Source: Actinomycetota bacterium (GTDB taxonomy: Bacteria; Actinomycetota; Acidimicrobiia; Acidimicrobiales; CADCSY01). From it: a DNA stretch of 34,145 nucleotides. The first letter of the stretch is position 1, and each line of letters opens with the position of its first letter. A program made the translations under genes and the position numbers. The notes under the pieces were generated by a model. The model was not told the DNA's origin, made no database searches, and saw nothing but the letters and a program-made list of their open reading frames with translations. Positions 25,779-33,694 of the stretch are shown here, one piece after another. The stretch lies in contig JAHWJR010000004.1 in the NCBI GenBank assembly GCA_019348335.1, positions 1 through 34,145 on the forward strand. The letters are read 5' to 3'.

Positions 25779-26611
25779 ACGTGCAGGACCTGCAAGAACG
25801 GACCTTCGATGCCACCTACGACTACCGGGCGGGAAGCCCGCATCTAGCGCACCGCCAGCTGTACGACCCGCTTGTGGCTCATGTGCTCAGCCGCTTGCGA
25901 GACGTGGGTGACCGGGGATTATCCCCGACGGTGCTCGAGATCGGCGCTGGCCACGGCGGGTACACCGAGCCGGTCCTTGCTGCCGGTGGGAGGGTGACAG
26001 CTACCGAGATGTCCCGGCCCTCACTCGCTCGCTTGGAGGACCGGTACGGAAGCAATCAGAACTTCCGCGGCCGATTCGACCCGGACGGTTCTCTCGAGGT
26101 GCTCGGAGAGGAGCGTTTCTCCTTGGTGCTGTGCGCCTCCGTGCTTCACCACATACCTGACTACGTTTCGTTCGTCCGTCGGCTCGTGGCCGACCACCTC
26201 GCCGTTGGCGGGACCTTTCTGAGCCTTCAGGATCCGCTGTGGTACGCGACCGTGTCCAGTGCCACTCGCCTCTTCGACCGGTTTGCGTACCTCTCGTGGC
26301 GTACGACCAGAGGCCACTATCGAAAGGGTGCCCGTACTCTGGCTCGACGGCTTCGCGGCGTGTATGACGAAGATGATCCCGCGGACATGGTCGAGTACCA
26401 CGTAGTACGGAACGGCGTCGACCAGGAGGCGTTGGCGGCGGTACTGGGTGAGGCGTTCGAGCACTACGGTTTGGAGACGTACTGGTCCACGCCGGCGGGG
26501 ATCTGGCAGCGGGTGGGTCACCGGGTGGGCCTGCGGAACACGTTCTTGTTTCTGGGGGAGGGCTACCTGGGCGGTCTCGACCGTCCGCGCCTGTCAGGGG
26601 GGCCCGGCTGA
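25775..26611 (+). CDS. Class I SAM-dependent methyltransferase
   Basis: Motif I VLEIGAGHGGYTEPVLAAGGRVTATEMS, then FSLVLCASVLHHIPDY. GTGA overlap with the upstream gene. Confidence 0.8.
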   Translation: MNVQDLQERTFDATYDYRAGSPHLAHRQLYDPLVAHVLSRLRDVGDRGLSPTVLEIGAGHGGYTEPVLAAGGRVTATEMSRPSLARLEDRYGSNQNFRGRFDPDGSLEVLGEERFSLVLCASVLHHIPDYVSFVRRLVADHLAVGGTFLSLQDPLWYATVSSATRLFDRFAYLSWRTTRGHYRKGARTLARRLRGVYDEDDPADMVEYHVVRNGVDQEALAAVLGEAFEHYGLETYWSTPAGIWQRVGHRVGLRNTFLFLGEGYLGGLDRPRLSGGPG

Positions 26612-26614
26612 GAA

Positions 26615-27346
26615 ATGCAGCTCCGTACCACTTCAGTCCTCCTGCTACGGCGAACGTTGCACCGGCTCGGCTTCGATCTCGTCCGGTCCTTGGACGAGCA
26701 CGATCTGTTGAGCCGCCGGTTGCAGCTCTTGCGGTCTCGGGACGTGAACGTCCTGTTCGACGTGGGGGCGCACGCAGGCCAGTACGGGCAGACGATGCGG
26801 GCCGCCGGGTACGGCGGTCGGCTCGTGTCGTTCGAGCCTTTGCCGGAGCCGTTTGCGATGCTGGAATCCGCGTCGTCCACCGACGGTGACTGGGAGGCGG
26901 TGAATGTCGCCCTTGGCGAATGCGTCGGCGAGGTCGTCATGCACGTGGCCGGGAACTCCCAGAGCAGTTCTGTGCTCCAGATGCTTCCGGCGCACCAGGA
27001 TGCCGATGTGCGGTCGGGGTACGTGGGCGAGTGCCGAGTTCCCATGACCACTCTCGAGAAGGTGGTGAGCGATCGCATCGAAGCCGATGATCGCCTCTTT
27101 GTGAAGGTCGATGCCCAGGGATACGAGGAGCAGGTGCTTGCTGGTGCCGGCGACCAGCTGGCCCGCATCACTGGCTTGCAGCTGGAGCTTTCCTTGGTGC
27201 ACCTCTATGAAGGGCAGGCCCTGCTCCATCAGATGGTGAGCAAGCTCATGGACGAAGGGTTCACCCTGATGTCGATCGAGCCTGGCTTCTGGGACCGCCG
27301 CTCTGGGCAGTTGCTCCAGGCGGACGGCATCTTCTTTCGCTTCTAG
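26615..27346 (+). CDS. FkbM-family methyltransferase
   Basis: LFDVGAHAGQYGQTMRAAGYGGRLVSFEPLPEPF and FVKVDAQGYEEQVLAGA are typical FkbM-family segments. Confidence 0.8.
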   Translation: MQLRTTSVLLLRRTLHRLGFDLVRSLDEHDLLSRRLQLLRSRDVNVLFDVGAHAGQYGQTMRAAGYGGRLVSFEPLPEPFAMLESASSTDGDWEAVNVALGECVGEVVMHVAGNSQSSSVLQMLPAHQDADVRSGYVGECRVPMTTLEKVVSDRIEADDRLFVKVDAQGYEEQVLAGAGDQLARITGLQLELSLVHLYEGQALLHQMVSKLMDEGFTLMSIEPGFWDRRSGQLLQADGIFFRF

Positions 27347-28272
27347 GCGGCTGCTTCCCTCCAGCGGTCGAGCGGTCGGTCTAACAGGGCCTCGAGTTGA
27401 TCCAGGTCGGAGGCAAACAGCTTGGTGAGCTCGACCCGCACGTCATGGGCGAGCTCAGGCGCTGCGTTGCCGTACAAGGGGGCGAGAGCAGCACGGTCGG
27501 CCCAACGCACCGCTCGGTAGGCGCCCCGGGTCCTCCAGTTGTCGCGCAGGGAGACATACCGCGACCCACGGCGGTACCGGTAGACGAACCGGCTTCCTGT
27601 CCGCAGCAGACGCAGGCGCGGTAGCGAGTAGACGCCCGAGTTCGCTCGCTCGGTGAGCATCGACGGAACGAAGTCGGGCCGTACGCCGAGAAAGGAATGG
27701 ACACGTTCCAGTGTGGCAAGAGCGCCCTGGCGGAAATCCTCGTCGAGCAGCACGAGGATCGATGAAGGTCGGAAGAGCTGGTAATACCGCAGGAGGTGCT
27801 CGCCGTAGCGGCTGTAGTCAACCACCTCCCGAGCCTTCGGGAACTCGGCATCGAGCTCACCTCCAAGGATCTGGCGGATCCCGACGTTGAGCGGGGCCAG
27901 CGGAAGCACCCCGGCCCGCATGTAGTGGAAATACGCCGACACGGTTCGACTGATCGGTTCCCGTAGAACGGCGACCAGGCGCGCGTCCGGGAGCTCCTGG
28001 GAGATCCGCTCCGGGCACTCGGGTCGGGAGAGCAGCTCTGGACGCTTGAAGCCACACCGCTGCGTGGGCGCCGCCGTTGCGAACAGCCGTGACAGGAAAG
28101 CGGCATCTCGTTGCTCGTAGTCCGGGTCCTCGAAGTAGACGACCTCATTGCGCGGGAGGAACAGCTGTGGGTGCTCACGTAGGCAGTGGTGCAGGTAGCT
28201 CGAAGCACTGCGTTGCGCTCCGATGATCAAGAAATCGGGTGCGCGGAGCTGTTGCCGATGGAGGGCCGTCAT
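27343..28272 (-). CDS. PAPS-dependent sulfotransferase-domain protein
   Basis: 5'-PSB-like PDFLIIGAQRSASSYLHHCL and 3'-PB-like RLVAVLREPISRTVSAYFHY. Its stop codon shares the palindrome CTAG (27343-27346) with the convergent FkbM gene stop. Confidence 0.8.
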   Translation of the reverse strand: MTALHRQQLRAPDFLIIGAQRSASSYLHHCLREHPQLFLPRNEVVYFEDPDYEQRDAAFLSRLFATAAPTQRCGFKRPELLSRPECPERISQELPDARLVAVLREPISRTVSAYFHYMRAGVLPLAPLNVGIRQILGGELDAEFPKAREVVDYSRYGEHLLRYYQLFRPSSILVLLDEDFRQGALATLERVHSFLGVRPDFVPSMLTERANSGVYSLPRLRLLRTGSRFVYRYRRGSRYVSLRDNWRTRGAYRAVRWADRAALAPLYGNAAPELAHDVRVELTKLFASDLDQLEALLDRPLDRWREAAA

Positions 28273-28342
28273 CGAACGTGGTCCACTGGCGGTGCATCGA
28301 GGTGCGGGACCGGGAGAAACATTCTCTCCAGACTACAAACGG

Positions 28343-29212
28343 TCAGGGCGCTGGCTTCGCGAACATGTCTGGTCCTTCGTCGTCCACGTCGTCGAGCGGC
28401 CAGAGCTCACCAGTGCGGTCTGGCCGGAAGAACCGGTAGCCGAACGACCGGAGCATCCGCGCGAGCTCTTGGCGGCCGTCCCCGAGCAGGACTCGAGACA
28501 TTTCGTTCCACTCCAGCTGCAGACATCTGATCCGTTGGTTCTCCAATGCTCGCTGGGCTCCGCTGAGGACGAGCGACTCAGCTCCTTCAACGTCGATCTT
28601 CACGCCGGCGATGGTCCGGTCGCCGATGACGTTGTCCAGCGTCTCCACCGGCACCTCTTGAGCGTCGCCCGCCGCCATGTCACTCGCAACCAGGTGGTTG
28701 GCGCCGTCGAGCCCAGAGGTCAGCCGCATCGTTCCTGGTGCACCCGCTAGGGCAACAGGCAGGACCTCGACGTCGTAGCCGTTGAGAGCGAGGTTCTCGG
28801 ACAGCATCGCACGGGCTGTCGGATCGGGCTCGACGGCGATTGCGCGGACGCCCAGATCGCTTACCCAAAGGGTGTACGTCCCGACGTTGGCGCCCACGTC
28901 GACGAATGTGTCGCCCGGTTTTAGGAGTTTGCGCCAAGCCAGCATCTCCGCCCAGTCCGGGGGGTTGGCACCGGCCACTTTGGCGGAGGCTCCATGGCGT
29001 ACATCTGCCCACATCATGGAGTGCGTTCCGATGGGAACCAGCTGTCGTCGGTTGAACAGTCGACCCGCGACTTGCAGTCGAGCCGCCGCCCCGACCTGGC
29101 GCCACGGTCGGGAGACGTTCGCCGGGTGGTCCCGCACGTACGCGAAGAAGCGGATGGCATTCCGGAGCCTGGACGGGCGGGCCATCTCTCCGTGCGATAG
29201 TCCGAGCGTCAT
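28343..29212 (-). CDS. FkbM-family methyltransferase
   Basis: FVDVGANVGTYTLWVSDLGVRAIAVEPDP and GVKIDVEGAESLVLSGA. ATG 29212 lies 1 nt after the upstream Wzy-like stop; ATG 29185 is an alternative. The longer track ORF to 29461 overlaps the upstream gene. Confidence 0.8.
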   Translation of the reverse strand: MTLGLSHGEMARPSRLRNAIRFFAYVRDHPANVSRPWRQVGAAARLQVAGRLFNRRQLVPIGTHSMMWADVRHGASAKVAGANPPDWAEMLAWRKLLKPGDTFVDVGANVGTYTLWVSDLGVRAIAVEPDPTARAMLSENLALNGYDVEVLPVALAGAPGTMRLTSGLDGANHLVASDMAAGDAQEVPVETLDNVIGDRTIAGVKIDVEGAESLVLSGAQRALENQRIRCLQLEWNEMSRVLLGDGRQELARMLRSFGYRFFRPDRTGELWPLDDVDDEGPDMFAKPAP

Positions 29213-29213
29213 C

Positions 29214-30698
29214 TCAGGAGAACTCGCTCGAGGACAGGCGCCGATGTCCATGACGCACCTGTCGTCGCTCTCGAGAAGTTTCGATGCGGGCACCCGGCAA
29301 TCGAGACGAAGCCGGGGTTGTGCCAGGGGGCATTGCTTGCCCCGGGGCTCCCGGTGAGTCAGCGTTGGCGGTGGGCCCCGAGGCGCCTGAAGTCGAGGTT
29401 TCAGCCGGTTCGGTCGCGCCCTCAGACTCCTTTCCTTTCCGAGCGAGGATGCGAGCACCAAGGATGATGCCTGCCGGCACGTAAAGATACCGTTCGTACA
29501 GCCCGGGGTGCACGAGCCCGGTGATGAGCCAAGTCATCATTGAAGCGCCGGCTGCGCCCGCGAGCGGATGAGCACGCATGGAACGTGCGATCCGCAGGGT
29601 CCGCTGACCGAACCAGGCGAACCCGGCGAGTGCGAACACGCCGGCACCCTGGAGGATCTGGACGTACAGGCTGTGGGCGTTGCCGCCGAAGCCCACGCCG
29701 GTCAGCGGATGGGCTTTGATGTCGCTGACAGCGGTTCGCACGCTGTCCGTTCGCGCCTCTGTCGCCTCGGCGACGGCGTTGTCATCGGAAAAGACGCGGT
29801 CGAGTGTGACATCGACCCCGGCGGCTGTTGCCATGGCGCCAACGAGGGCCAGGGCCACGGTCCCCTTGACCAGTCGAGTCGTGGAGATGGTACCGCGGAT
29901 CCACAGCATGACGAAGGCGGCGACCACGAGCCCTGCCAGCGCGGTTCGCGACCCGGACACCATCACGCCAGCGACCAGCAGCAGCAAGGAACTGGCCCAG
30001 AGACGGCTGCGGCGGAAGAGCTCCATGGCCAAGGGGAACGCCAGCACGCAAACGAGACCGAGCTGGTTGGGATGCGCGGTGAAGCCTGCCGGTCGACCAC
30101 CGTTGTAGGGAAAGCCGGAGAACCCGCTGATGCGGCTGGCGACATCCGTGATGCCGAGGAACTCCAGCAAGCCGAAGGATGCGCTTATCGCGGCGGACAT
30201 GACGAAGAGAGCGCTCAAACGGCGTAATTGGCTTGAGTTCCGGACGCCAAGCGATACAACTAGGGGCACGTAGACGAGGGAGATGCATAGCTGTACAAGG
30301 ATGACGATGCTTCGGCTCGGTAGGTTTCCAAACGCCACCTGTGAGAGCAAGCCGGCTACAAAGATCGTTGCCGCTGACCCAAGCAACCACAGGGGCACGT
30401 TCTTGTCCCACGACACCACGTGGCGAAACCCGAGCATCATGGCGGCCGGTACGAGGAAGAGATCCGGGGTCGTGACGGGCCCGATCTCGATCCCCGAGAA
30501 GCTTATGGTCAGCATGCCGATGGCAATGACGAGGTCGACCAGCCTGTCTTTCCAGAACGCCACGAGACCTAATCCGAAGCACATAACGACGACTAGCAGA
30601 GCGTGACCAAGACCGATGCCGATGCCGGCGAGCAAGAGGATTCCTAGGCCTATGACCGTTCGTGCGCGAAGCCCGGGGTGGGAATGCTGAACGCTCAC
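29214..30698 (-). CDS. O-antigen ligase / Wzy-like polymerase family membrane protein, copy 2
   Basis: GTG 30698 overlaps the upstream methyltransferase stop (GTGA). Polytopic protein with the loop motif VMVSGSRTALAGLVVAAFVML. The first 368 codons of the 862-aa track ORF are an alternative frame across the methyltransferase gene. Confidence 0.75.
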   Translation of the reverse strand: MSVQHSHPGLRARTVIGLGILLLAGIGIGLGHALLVVVMCFGLGLVAFWKDRLVDLVIAIGMLTISFSGIEIGPVTTPDLFLVPAAMMLGFRHVVSWDKNVPLWLLGSAATIFVAGLLSQVAFGNLPSRSIVILVQLCISLVYVPLVVSLGVRNSSQLRRLSALFVMSAAISASFGLLEFLGITDVASRISGFSGFPYNGGRPAGFTAHPNQLGLVCVLAFPLAMELFRRSRLWASSLLLLVAGVMVSGSRTALAGLVVAAFVMLWIRGTISTTRLVKGTVALALVGAMATAAGVDVTLDRVFSDDNAVAEATEARTDSVRTAVSDIKAHPLTGVGFGGNAHSLYVQILQGAGVFALAGFAWFGQRTLRIARSMRAHPLAGAAGASMMTWLITGLVHPGLYERYLYVPAGIILGARILARKGKESEGATEPAETSTSGASGPTANADSPGAPGQAMPPGTTPASSRLPGARIETSRERRQVRHGHRRLSSSEFS

Positions 30699-31483
30699 GT
30701 TGGTGGTTCCCGAGGCGGTGTGGGGGCACGGCCTTTCACTCGGGCGACGAAAAAGACCTCTTGGTTTCCCAACCAAGCGGGCAATTTCGGGAAAGGGGTT
30801 GCCACGGGACCGCAGACGTCGAAACGATCCGACAGCTCGGCGTGAAGGAGGCGGTAGTCGAAGCCGGTGTGGTAATGGATGAACTGCGCGTCGTTCAACG
30901 GATCGAATCGTTTGTGGTCCCGCACCTTCAAGCCAACCGCTGTCTTGGCCAGGTCTTTCAGGCAGTACTCCGGAAGCCGCCCTTTCAGGAGGATACGCGC
31001 CAATTCTTTGGCGAGGATGGTGGGCCCGACCTCCACGGGCACATCGACGATGCAGCGTCCCGCCGACGACAGCTTGCGTTGGCACAGCTCGTAGAAAGCG
31101 AGTCGTTCGGCCAGAGGCAGGTGCTCCAGGACGCCCATGCACAGCACGAGATCCACGGCGAGTCCGGACAGCTCGTCCCGATGCTTGACGATCTCGACCC
31201 GTCCCGCCGAAATCCACTTCCCGAGTGCGTTCTCGAGAACAACCCCCATCTCCGACATCGGCTCGTAGAGGATGGCCTGGCGGAGCCAGGGAACGTCGTG
31301 CTCGAGAAGCTCCGCCACGAGATGCCCGTCCCCAGCGCCGTAGTCGAGAAGGACCTCGGGCCGCGCCGAGAGCACCATCTCTAGGGCCTGCCTGTGCCGG
31401 CGGTGGTGAGCGAAGCGGATGACGCGATACGGACTGGCGTGCGTCTGCTCGGCGTAGGTCGTCGGCAGCTTCGGCTTCCACAT
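30695..31483 (-). CDS. Class I SAM-dependent methyltransferase
   Basis: Motif I VLLDYGAGDGHLVAELL and DLVLCMGVLEHLPLAERLAFY. I prefer ATG 31483, with AGGAGAG 6 nt upstream; ATG 31549 is the longest option. Confidence 0.8.
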   Translation of the reverse strand: MWKPKLPTTYAEQTHASPYRVIRFAHHRRHRQALEMVLSARPEVLLDYGAGDGHLVAELLEHDVPWLRQAILYEPMSEMGVVLENALGKWISAGRVEIVKHRDELSGLAVDLVLCMGVLEHLPLAERLAFYELCQRKLSSAGRCIVDVPVEVGPTILAKELARILLKGRLPEYCLKDLAKTAVGLKVRDHKRFDPLNDAQFIHYHTGFDYRLLHAELSDRFDVCGPVATPFPKLPAWLGNQEVFFVARVKGRAPTPPREPPT

Positions 31484-31677
31484 CCCGTGCTCTCCTGAGG
31501 TCGGAAGGAGGGTAGTCCCGCGCTGATGGGATGCGGGAACGACCGTCACCGCAGGCCCGGTAGTGCCGCGCTACGGTCCGTCGCGAGCACGGCTGGCTAG
31601 CAGATCGGCCAGCGCGACGGAGGGGGAACTCCATCGGCGGATCGGATCGAGGGAAGACGGGGTCTCGGGTCCTGGCC

Positions 31678-32313
31678 GTGCTCATCGGTCTGACGCCGAG
31701 GCGATGGAGGTCGGCGCTGTACCGACGGATGCTCGGCTGGTACGTCCATCCGACAGCCGTCGTGGGCGTGTCGCTTTTCGTCGGGGTCGGACACGTGCAC
31801 ATCGGGGAGGGGGCGCGGCTCGGTCACTTCAACGTGTTTCGCAACTTGAGGAGCGTGTCGGTCGGCGACCATGCCGAGATCGGGCAGTTCAACTGGTTCA
31901 GCGCCGGACAGCCGTTCCTGGAGCGCGGCAATGAGCACAACGGCCAGCTGCGGATCGGCGCCCACGGCGCCGTCACCTCCCGCCACTACATCGATTGCAG
32001 CGGAGGGGTGGAGATCGGTGATTTCGCCTTGCTCGCCGGCGTCCGGTCGGTTGTCCTCACGCACTTCATCGATGTGGTGGCGAACCGGCAGCGCGTCGCC
32101 GGTGTCCGCGTCGGCGATCGTACGATCGTGAGTTCCAACGTCACCATCCTCCCTGGCACTGAGATTCCCCCCCGGAGCCAGGTGGCGGCGGGTGCCGTGG
32201 TCAGGGGCACGCTCCAGGAGCCCCGGTGCCTCTATGCCGGGGTCCCGGCCAACCCGGTCCGCGAGGTCAGCGGGCGATTCTTCGATCGGACGGTCGGTCA
32301 CGTCGATCCCTGA
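31678..32313 (+). CDS. Hexapeptide-repeat (left-handed beta-helix) acyl/acetyltransferase
   Basis: Imperfect hexapeptide periodicity (VGVGHVHIGEGARLG, VSVGDHAEIG, VRVGDRTIVSSNVTILPGTEIPPRSQVAAGAVV) and a C-terminal YAGVPANPVREV. GTG start. Confidence 0.75.
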   Translation: MLIGLTPRRWRSALYRRMLGWYVHPTAVVGVSLFVGVGHVHIGEGARLGHFNVFRNLRSVSVGDHAEIGQFNWFSAGQPFLERGNEHNGQLRIGAHGAVTSRHYIDCSGGVEIGDFALLAGVRSVVLTHFIDVVANRQRVAGVRVGDRTIVSSNVTILPGTEIPPRSQVAAGAVVRGTLQEPRCLYAGVPANPVREVSGRFFDRTVGHVDP

Positions 32314-32418
32314 GGGTTCGGTGCCCCATGCCGCCGGCAGGGCCGGCAGATCCGGGACCGTCTTGTCAGCACTACCTGCAGCGGCCAGATGCCTGCGGTC
32401 AGTTCGTGAGCGGAGTCG

Positions 32419-33396
32419 TCACCGCCCAGGGCCACCAGCCAACTCCCCGGCCTCTTGAACCTGTGCCTCGATCCAGGGATAGGTGAGGGCGATGCCTTGG
32501 CGAAGCGGGTACTTGGCGCTCCATCCCAGCGACTTGATGCGAGCGTTGCTGAAGTTTCGCGATTGCACCCCCACGGGCCCGTCGACGTGGCGGATGCCGA
32601 TCTGCTTGCCGGCCACCTCGGCAACGGTGTGGACGAGTTCGTCGACCGTGACGTACTCGGGGTTGCCGATGTTGACCGGCCCGGTGAGATCGGAGCGCAT
32701 GATGCGGACGATGCCGTCGACCAGGTCCTCGACGTAGGTGTAGGAGCGAACGGCGGTGCCGTCGCCCCACACCTCGATGGTGCCGCCGTCGTCGACCTCG
32801 GCCACCTTGCGGCACATGGCCGCCGGCGCCTTCTCGCGGCCGCCGCGCCAGGTGCCCTCGGGCCCGTAGCAGTTCTGGAACCGAGCGATGCGCACGGCCA
32901 TGCCGGTGCGGCGGCCGTAGGCCTCGGCCACCCGCTCGGCGTAGAGCTTTTCCCAGCCGTACTCGTTGTCGGGCAGGGCGGGGTAGGCCTGTACCTCGTC
33001 GAGCTCCGGCTCGCCGGGCTCCATGTCGCGGTAGATGCACACCGACGACGAGAAGAAGTAGCGGGGTACGCCGGCGGCAGCGGCGGCGTCGACGACGTTG
33101 AGGTTGATCAGCGCGTTGTTGCGCATGATCTCGCACTCGGCGGAGTGGATGAAGCCCATGCCTCCCATGTCAGCGGCGAGCTGGTACACCTCGTCGAACC
33201 CGCCCTCGACTGACAGCGCCGCCTCGCAAGCGGAGCGGTCACGCAGGTCGAGTTGCAGGAACTCGTCGGCGGCCGAAGGGCCGAACTCGGGCGCCTTCAC
33301 GTCGACCCCACGGACCCAGCAGCCATCCTGCTTCAGGTGCTGAACCAGGTGGCCGCCGATGAAACCGCCCGCGCCACACACCACCACTCTTGTCAT
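32419..33396 (-). CDS. GDP-mannose 3,5-epimerase-like NAD-dependent epimerase (SDR superfamily)
   Basis: ATG 33396 with GGAGG 7 nt upstream gives MTRVVVCGAGGFIGGHLV. Long matches to plant/bacterial GME: LAADMGGMGFI, YGWEKL, GTWRGGREKAPAAMCRK, VNIGNPE. The 73 upstream codons of the track ORF are non-coding-like. Confidence 0.8.
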   Translation of the reverse strand: MTRVVVCGAGGFIGGHLVQHLKQDGCWVRGVDVKAPEFGPSAADEFLQLDLRDRSACEAALSVEGGFDEVYQLAADMGGMGFIHSAECEIMRNNALINLNVVDAAAAAGVPRYFFSSSVCIYRDMEPGEPELDEVQAYPALPDNEYGWEKLYAERVAEAYGRRTGMAVRIARFQNCYGPEGTWRGGREKAPAAMCRKVAEVDDGGTIEVWGDGTAVRSYTYVEDLVDGIVRIMRSDLTGPVNIGNPEYVTVDELVHTVAEVAGKQIGIRHVDGPVGVQSRNFSNARIKSLGWSAKYPLRQGIALTYPWIEAQVQEAGELAGGPGR

Positions 33397-33694
33397 GAAC
33401 ACCTCCGGTAGTGCCCCCGCCTGGGCTTGATCGGCTGCATCGAACGTCTGCTTTAGTGCCGGGCGGAAAGAAGACATGGCGAGCTTCCTACGCCCACCAC
33501 TCCTTCCGTTCGGCACACTACCCGCTGCGGTTGGGGGGCTGTTGCCAGCGCGGCTCGTGGGCGAGCTTGCCGAAGGCGTGGCAGGAATCCGATGGCGAAC
33601 CCGGGTGCTCGACACACGCGGTGTATCCTTCGCCGACGCTGCCTAGTGCCCCGACGGGAGCGTTCGTGGTCCTGCCACACCAGAGCGAGTGCCC
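33397..33694. promoter_or_regulatory. 298-bp divergent intergenic region, the longest non-coding stretch in the window, with three copies of TAGTGCC
   Basis: TAGTGCC at 33409-33415, 33454-33460 and 33644-33650. The region is flanked by divergent starts of the epimerase and the sugar transferase. Confidence 0.35.

Noticed and set aside
30699-31802. N-terminal 368 codons of the 862-aa ORF 29214-31802, as if the Wzy-like protein had a large cytoplasmic extension
   Set aside because: This part is an Arg/Pro-rich alternative frame lying over the class I methyltransferase gene (30695-31483). A GTG at 30698 overlapping that gene's stop gives a normal-size Wzy-like protein that begins at its first TM helix.
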